Notes under the pieces: model-generated
What the model was told of the DNA's origin: nothing
The model's input: the letters and a program-made list of their open reading frames with translations, nothing else
Database searches by the model: none
Position numbers and translations under genes: made by a program
DNA from: a virus
Lineage: Duplodnaviria; Caudoviricetes
Strand: one strand, 5' to 3'
IMG/VR virus record: IMGVR_UViG_3300010163_000014
Location: 1-64,000 of that record
Length of the DNA: 64,000 nt
Shown: positions 59,415 to 64,000 of the stretch, in pieces
Layout: every line of letters begins with the position of its first letter
Position numbering within the stretch: the first letter of the stretch is position 1

Positions 59415-60404
59415 ATGGGAAAAATTTACACGGTTGACATTGACTACAGCGACACTGGTCTGTACTTTGAAGATCTTCAGAAACTATATGAAGCTCATTT
59501 AGCCCCTCTGATTGAGAGGGGCTGCCTCTTTGGTGAGTCGTGGTATCCAACTCAAACCCTTGAGCCGTTCCAATTGGGATACTATTGTGCAGTAAATCCT
59601 CGTACGGCTCTCTTTAAAATCAATGAGATCAGGCTTCAGATGGATGATGAGATTATTATTCATCAAATGGATATCGAATTTCTGAATTCTGATTATGAGA
59701 AAATATATGAGTCCAATCCAGATGATTGGAGATTTGTACCTCGGCTACTCAATGCCGAGCAAATAAAGGTTATTCCTGGACTTGTCGATGATTCGTTCTC
59801 CAATTTCTGGATCACTGTTGATATCACTCTGGTAAAAGATATTCTTCAAAAATGGGGGCCATTCCTTAAGAATTTCCAGGTACCTCCTGTGCAATCGAAT
59901 ATAGTTAAGATTGGTTTTAAGCCTGACAGTAGTGGAAATACTTCAATTTTGAGTATGGATGAGATACAAGAAATGATTAAGAAAACCTCATGTGAGAATC
60001 TAACGACTGATGATGCTAATGAATATACAGTTATCATCAACCCAGTGGGTATATCAAAGGATGATATCCTCAATGCATGTAAGTCTGAGCCCATTTGTGA
60101 ATTCATAGCAAATGATCGGCTTTTTGGCGCCATTGATCCAAATCTAGATTATATATCGATGATGGATTTCACAACTGTTAAACCTACTGATGCAAAGTTT
60201 TCTATTAGAAAAGTATATGAATATTTGGGTGATTTGTATGCTGAAATCCGTTTCATTGATAATGATGTCAAAATGTTATGTTCTAACCATCTAGATCAAT
60301 TCAGTCTTAGGCCTAGAATGATTATAAACACATCGAGAACTGGAAAACGCTCTCTGTATAGACTTATCACATTTGATCTATACAGTGTTGATGAAAAGAG
60401 GTAA
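59415..60404 (+). CDS. Hypothetical protein (329 aa)
   Basis: AAAGGAG RBS; C-terminal domain similar to 60410-60811. Confidence 0.75.
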   Translation: MGKIYTVDIDYSDTGLYFEDLQKLYEAHLAPLIERGCLFGESWYPTQTLEPFQLGYYCAVNPRTALFKINEIRLQMDDEIIIHQMDIEFLNSDYEKIYESNPDDWRFVPRLLNAEQIKVIPGLVDDSFSNFWITVDITLVKDILQKWGPFLKNFQVPPVQSNIVKIGFKPDSSGNTSILSMDEIQEMIKKTSCENLTTDDANEYTVIINPVGISKDDILNACKSEPICEFIANDRLFGAIDPNLDYISMMDFTTVKPTDAKFSIRKVYEYLGDLYAEIRFIDNDVKMLCSNHLDQFSLRPRMIINTSRTGKRSLYRLITFDLYSVDEKR

Positions 60405-60409
60405 CTGTA

Positions 60410-60811
60410 GTGTACAGTATGAAGGTTCAAACTGAAAATTATGATTTACCAGTGTCATTCTATTTAGAGCAATGCGGTAAACCTCCAATTGATGATCTTC
60501 TATCGACAAATACCTTTTATGGAGAGTATAATCCCAGATTTGATCGGATGGATGTCTCTGTATCTAGGCTCACTTCGATATATAAGGATGCAAAGAAAAT
60601 CATCATTAAAAAGGTCTATGGCTGTAAGGGTGGATTGTATGTCGACTTCAAATTTGATTCGATAACCCCTGAAAGTCGATATATTAGGCATTCAGATAGG
60701 CACGTTTTAGTTCCTAGAATTTTGTGGAATGAACCTCCACAGTTAATCACATTCGATCTCTTGTATCTGGACAGTAAGGAGCGGATGCCCGTTGAAACCC
60801 AAGGTGAGTAA
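60410..60811 (+). CDS. Hypothetical protein (133 aa)
   Basis: GAGG RBS, GTG start; paralogous to the C-terminus of the previous ORF. Confidence 0.65.
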   Translation: MYSMKVQTENYDLPVSFYLEQCGKPPIDDLLSTNTFYGEYNPRFDRMDVSVSRLTSIYKDAKKIIIKKVYGCKGGLYVDFKFDSITPESRYIRHSDRHVLVPRILWNEPPQLITFDLLYLDSKERMPVETQGE

Positions 60812-63320
60812 TATCAAGCCCTCAGAAAGCAAGTTGATGTGGGCTGGTATTGAAGAGGAAAATTTTCTCTATGAGCAAACCACTGGAAACATAGAGGATG
60901 TTGATATTGCGGAGTATGACAAGGAAAACATGGTCTATTTCTTTGCCAATACCAACTACTTCCGTCAGATGATTCGACTCTCTGATGGATTAAAGCCAGT
61001 TGTCAGACGTACTCTTATGACTCTTTATAAGGGTCATGCCTATAATGGAACCAGAATGAAATCTGGTTCCGTTGTTGGTGATACTCTGAAGACTCATGCA
61101 CATAATGATACTGCGATTTACGATGCCATGGTATCATTGGCTCAGAGATGGAGAACTCCTGTTCCTATGATTAAGGGAAAGGGTAACTTCGGCAATGAAG
61201 CTGATGCTCCATATGCAGCTTCTCGTTATACGGAAGCCTCCATGAGCAAATATGGATATGAGTGTTTCTTCAGTGATTTTGATCCAGAGTGTATCGAGAT
61301 GATGCACAATACAGCGGCAGATATCTATGAACCGATGACACTTCCTACCAAGTTTCCAAATATCTTGGTGAATGGCGGTGTTGGGTTTGCACCCTGTAAT
61401 GCGTTCCGGGTACCTCCGTTCAATATCGATGATATCATCAAGAATACTAAGAAGGTTTTGGCAAATCCCAATTGCGGGGAGATCTATATGGTTCCTGATC
61501 TCCCAACTGGATGCCCGATTGTAGATACCGATGGAGTACTAGACCAGATCTGTGAGACTGGTAAAGGCACTCTAAGGATGAGAGCAGATATCGAAATCAA
61601 AGAGATTATGATGAACCACAAGAAATACTGGGCACTCTGTGTCAAGAATATCCCGTGGAGAGTATCTCTAAGATTGATTGATAAGAAAATCCTTGAACTG
61701 AAGAGGAGTGGAAAACTACCGATTGAAGATCGGCAAGATAACTCCTATCAGATCAGAGGGAAAGATGGTCAGTTTACCATGGTGATTGACTATTGGATCA
61801 TTGTAGATCATGCGCATGACCCTTATGCTATTCGGAATAAGATCTGGAAACTGACCGATTTGGACAAAGGTGTCTCGGTTGATCTGAAGGCTGTAGTTGA
61901 AGAACTGAAAGTTAGGAGATTCTCTCTCAAGATGCTTATCCAGGCATGGATTGATGAGAGGAGATCCTATAAACGCCGGCTCTATAATAAGAGAGTAGTC
62001 AAGCTCAATGAGCGAATTGAACTGCTCAAGGTTTTGATTACAGCTCTGGATGATCAGCATATCGAGAAGACGATCAGTATCATGAGGAAATGTAAAGACG
62101 ATGAGCTCTATAATAAGCTTTCCAAGCATTGTGGAATGACCACATATCAGGCAATGCGTCTTGCAACCTCTCAATTCAATACTCTGACCAAAGAGGCCAG
62201 AGATCGATTTATCAAAGAACTCCCTGAGCGAGTCGCTGAACGTGATGAACTCATGGAGATCATGAGGTCTGAGAAGAGGATTGACCAGGTTATTGCTGAT
62301 GAACTGGAAGATCTGAGAAAGTATGCTTCTCCTCGGAAGAGCCGTATCATTGCTGATAGTGAAGCTGGTGAAGTGATCACGGATAGTATGCACAATCTGA
62401 TGATCACCAACCAGGGATATATCAAGAAGCTTCCGTTTTATAAGGATGAACCCAAGCGAAATAATAACTTGGGTGTCTTCAATCAGATGGATTATCCGAT
62501 CTCTTTGATGTTGGTCAATAACCGGGATTCGGTGATGTTCTTTGATAGCTATGGTCGGTATTCCATTATCCCGGTTCACTCGATTGACAATTGTGAACCG
62601 AGTAATGTTGGACACCGTATCTATGATTTTACAAAGCTAAATGGCAAGATCATTCAAGTCATGCCATGCTTTAAGAATTCACAATTGGATGAACTCACCA
62701 AGAGATTTGGTGAGGCGTATTTGGTCACGTTGACGACAGATGGTTATATCAAGAAGACTCCTCTGAGCGATTATCTACAGGTAAAAAGCACTCGTAATAT
62801 CCGAGCTGCGAAAGTAAGGGAGGGTGATAACCTCGCATATGTGTCTTATCTGTTTGGAAATCCAAATGTAGTCATCTACACCAAGAAGGGCAAGTATCTC
62901 TATACCAATATGGCATCTTTTGATGCCACTGGAAAAGACACGGCTGGTTTGTTGAGTATGAAACTTGAACCCGATGATCAGTGTGTTGGAATCTCGATTG
63001 TACCGAAGACGACTGAGTTTATCACGGTACTCACTGAGAAAGGTCTTGTCAAGAAGTGTGAGATTGAATACTTCGGAGATATCAATAAGAGAAGGGCAGC
63101 ACCCTCTTATCTGGCAACTCTGGATAAGAGTGATAATGTTTTCAAGGTTATTGCAATGACCCACAGAGAAGATCTTGTGGTAGTCACTATGCATAATTCG
63201 TTTACACTCAAGAATAAAGAGATTCCGGTGTTGACCAGAAAGGCCAAGGGCAGTAAGATGATTCCGGTACCTCTTGGAAGTAAAATCGTCGCGGTAGATA
63301 CCGTTGTGCTTGTTAAGTAA
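60792..63320 (+). CDS. gyrA: Type IIA topoisomerase A subunit (GyrA/ParC-like) with a C-terminal beta-pinwheel
   Basis: DGLKPVVRR, HAHND, GNFG, AASRYTE (catalytic Tyr); C-terminal T-x-x-G-x-x-K repeats. Confidence 0.92.
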   Translation: MKPKVSNIKPSESKLMWAGIEEENFLYEQTTGNIEDVDIAEYDKENMVYFFANTNYFRQMIRLSDGLKPVVRRTLMTLYKGHAYNGTRMKSGSVVGDTLKTHAHNDTAIYDAMVSLAQRWRTPVPMIKGKGNFGNEADAPYAASRYTEASMSKYGYECFFSDFDPECIEMMHNTAADIYEPMTLPTKFPNILVNGGVGFAPCNAFRVPPFNIDDIIKNTKKVLANPNCGEIYMVPDLPTGCPIVDTDGVLDQICETGKGTLRMRADIEIKEIMMNHKKYWALCVKNIPWRVSLRLIDKKILELKRSGKLPIEDRQDNSYQIRGKDGQFTMVIDYWIIVDHAHDPYAIRNKIWKLTDLDKGVSVDLKAVVEELKVRRFSLKMLIQAWIDERRSYKRRLYNKRVVKLNERIELLKVLITALDDQHIEKTISIMRKCKDDELYNKLSKHCGMTTYQAMRLATSQFNTLTKEARDRFIKELPERVAERDELMEIMRSEKRIDQVIADELEDLRKYASPRKSRIIADSEAGEVITDSMHNLMITNQGYIKKLPFYKDEPKRNNNLGVFNQMDYPISLMLVNNRDSVMFFDSYGRYSIIPVHSIDNCEPSNVGHRIYDFTKLNGKIIQVMPCFKNSQLDELTKRFGEAYLVTLTTDGYIKKTPLSDYLQVKSTRNIRAAKVREGDNLAYVSYLFGNPNVVIYTKKGKYLYTNMASFDATGKDTAGLLSMKLEPDDQCVGISIVPKTTEFITVLTEKGLVKKCEIEYFGDINKRRAAPSYLATLDKSDNVFKVIAMTHREDLVVVTMHNSFTLKNKEIPVLTRKAKGSKMIPVPLGSKIVAVDTVVLVK

Positions 63321-63375
63321 AAAAGAGATAGGGCTGGGATATCCCAGCCCTATCTTATTCTAGGAGGATTGTCTC

Positions 63376-64000
63376 ATGGCATTTAAAGATGTCTATATTC
63401 CATTTGATGAATTCATTGAGCAAGTTCAATATATAGAAGTCGGAGCGATTCAAGCTCTTATGGTTGCGATTGAAAAAATGTCTATATTGAACGAATATAG
63501 AGATCGATATTTTCTTCCATATCCATTTCAATCTAGTTATCTTGCTCAGTGTATTGAAGGTTCTGAGCATGATAACTATAAGGCAAAGGTTAGTATTGGA
63601 GAATGCGAGACGATTGACCAGTTAGCAATTCGGGTTCTTGTTAATAATGATCATTCTACTCAACTTCCGATTTATTGTATTGGGGGTGATATCCCACATT
63701 ATAATTATGAAGAGTTCTGTGATGGGCGATTTAATCGTTTTCTTCAATCTTCCATTTCAAAGGATGAATTTGAAAAGAAGAAGGACTCCATTATCATTTT
63801 GAATGCAGATCGAAATAATGCATTTTCATTTGATTCTAATACTGATTATTTCGTTTCAATTCCAAACTTCCAGGGTTATTATGTAACTCGAAAAATGGAT
63901 GGAGCATCTGATGCTGAGATCTTCAAAGAGTATTCGGAACTCTCGCTCAAAGGCGATATCAATGAAGTCACAGCCCAAAATGTTTGTCTAATTACTCCAG
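63376..64000 (+). CDS. Hypothetical protein, 3'-truncated by the window edge
   Basis: AGGAGG RBS, ATG at 63376 (MAFKDVYIPFDEF...); frame stays open to the end. Confidence 0.7.
   Translation, partial: MAFKDVYIPFDEFIEQVQYIEVGAIQALMVAIEKMSILNEYRDRYFLPYPFQSSYLAQCIEGSEHDNYKAKVSIGECETIDQLAIRVLVNNDHSTQLPIYCIGGDIPHYNYEEFCDGRFNRFLQSSISKDEFEKKKDSIIILNADRNNAFSFDSNTDYFVSIPNFQGYYVTRKMDGASDAEIFKEYSELSLKGDINEVTAQNVCLITP

Overview
The window is part of an AT-rich jumbo phage genome of the phiKZ/AR9(PBS1)-like type. It encodes two split multisubunit RNA polymerase subunits (one interrupted by a 319-nt group I intron), a dNMP kinase, an SF2 helicase, an SbcC/Rad50 ATPase, a split family-B DNA polymerase, GyrB- and GyrA-type topoisomerase subunits, a virion/tail module, a holin and many hypotheticals separated by long bidirectional terminator hairpins. 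The standout locus is 13.6-17.4 kb. There a lone, GC-rich Cas7/RAMP-like gene (15330-16238) is flanked by two long non-coding arrays (about 1.55 kb and 1.07 kb) built from 5-nt units with a near-invariant GY dinucleotide and three variable bases. A +1 base punctuates the arrays into units of mostly 4-8 pentamers. No canonical CRISPR array or other cas gene is in the window. This looks like a programmable RNA-guided system using a non-contiguous guide code (VIPR-like; that name is recalled, not verified here). Secondary signals: several candidate late-promoter-driven small RNAs carrying anti-Shine-Dalgarno motifs; a 123-bp promoter plus structured leader duplicated in front of two unrelated genes with compensatory base changes; two further structured ncRNA candidates; and recurrent early (RAYAYATYATT) and late (AACA-N6-TA) promoter motifs. 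All alignments, parses and counts were done by eye; no database search was run.
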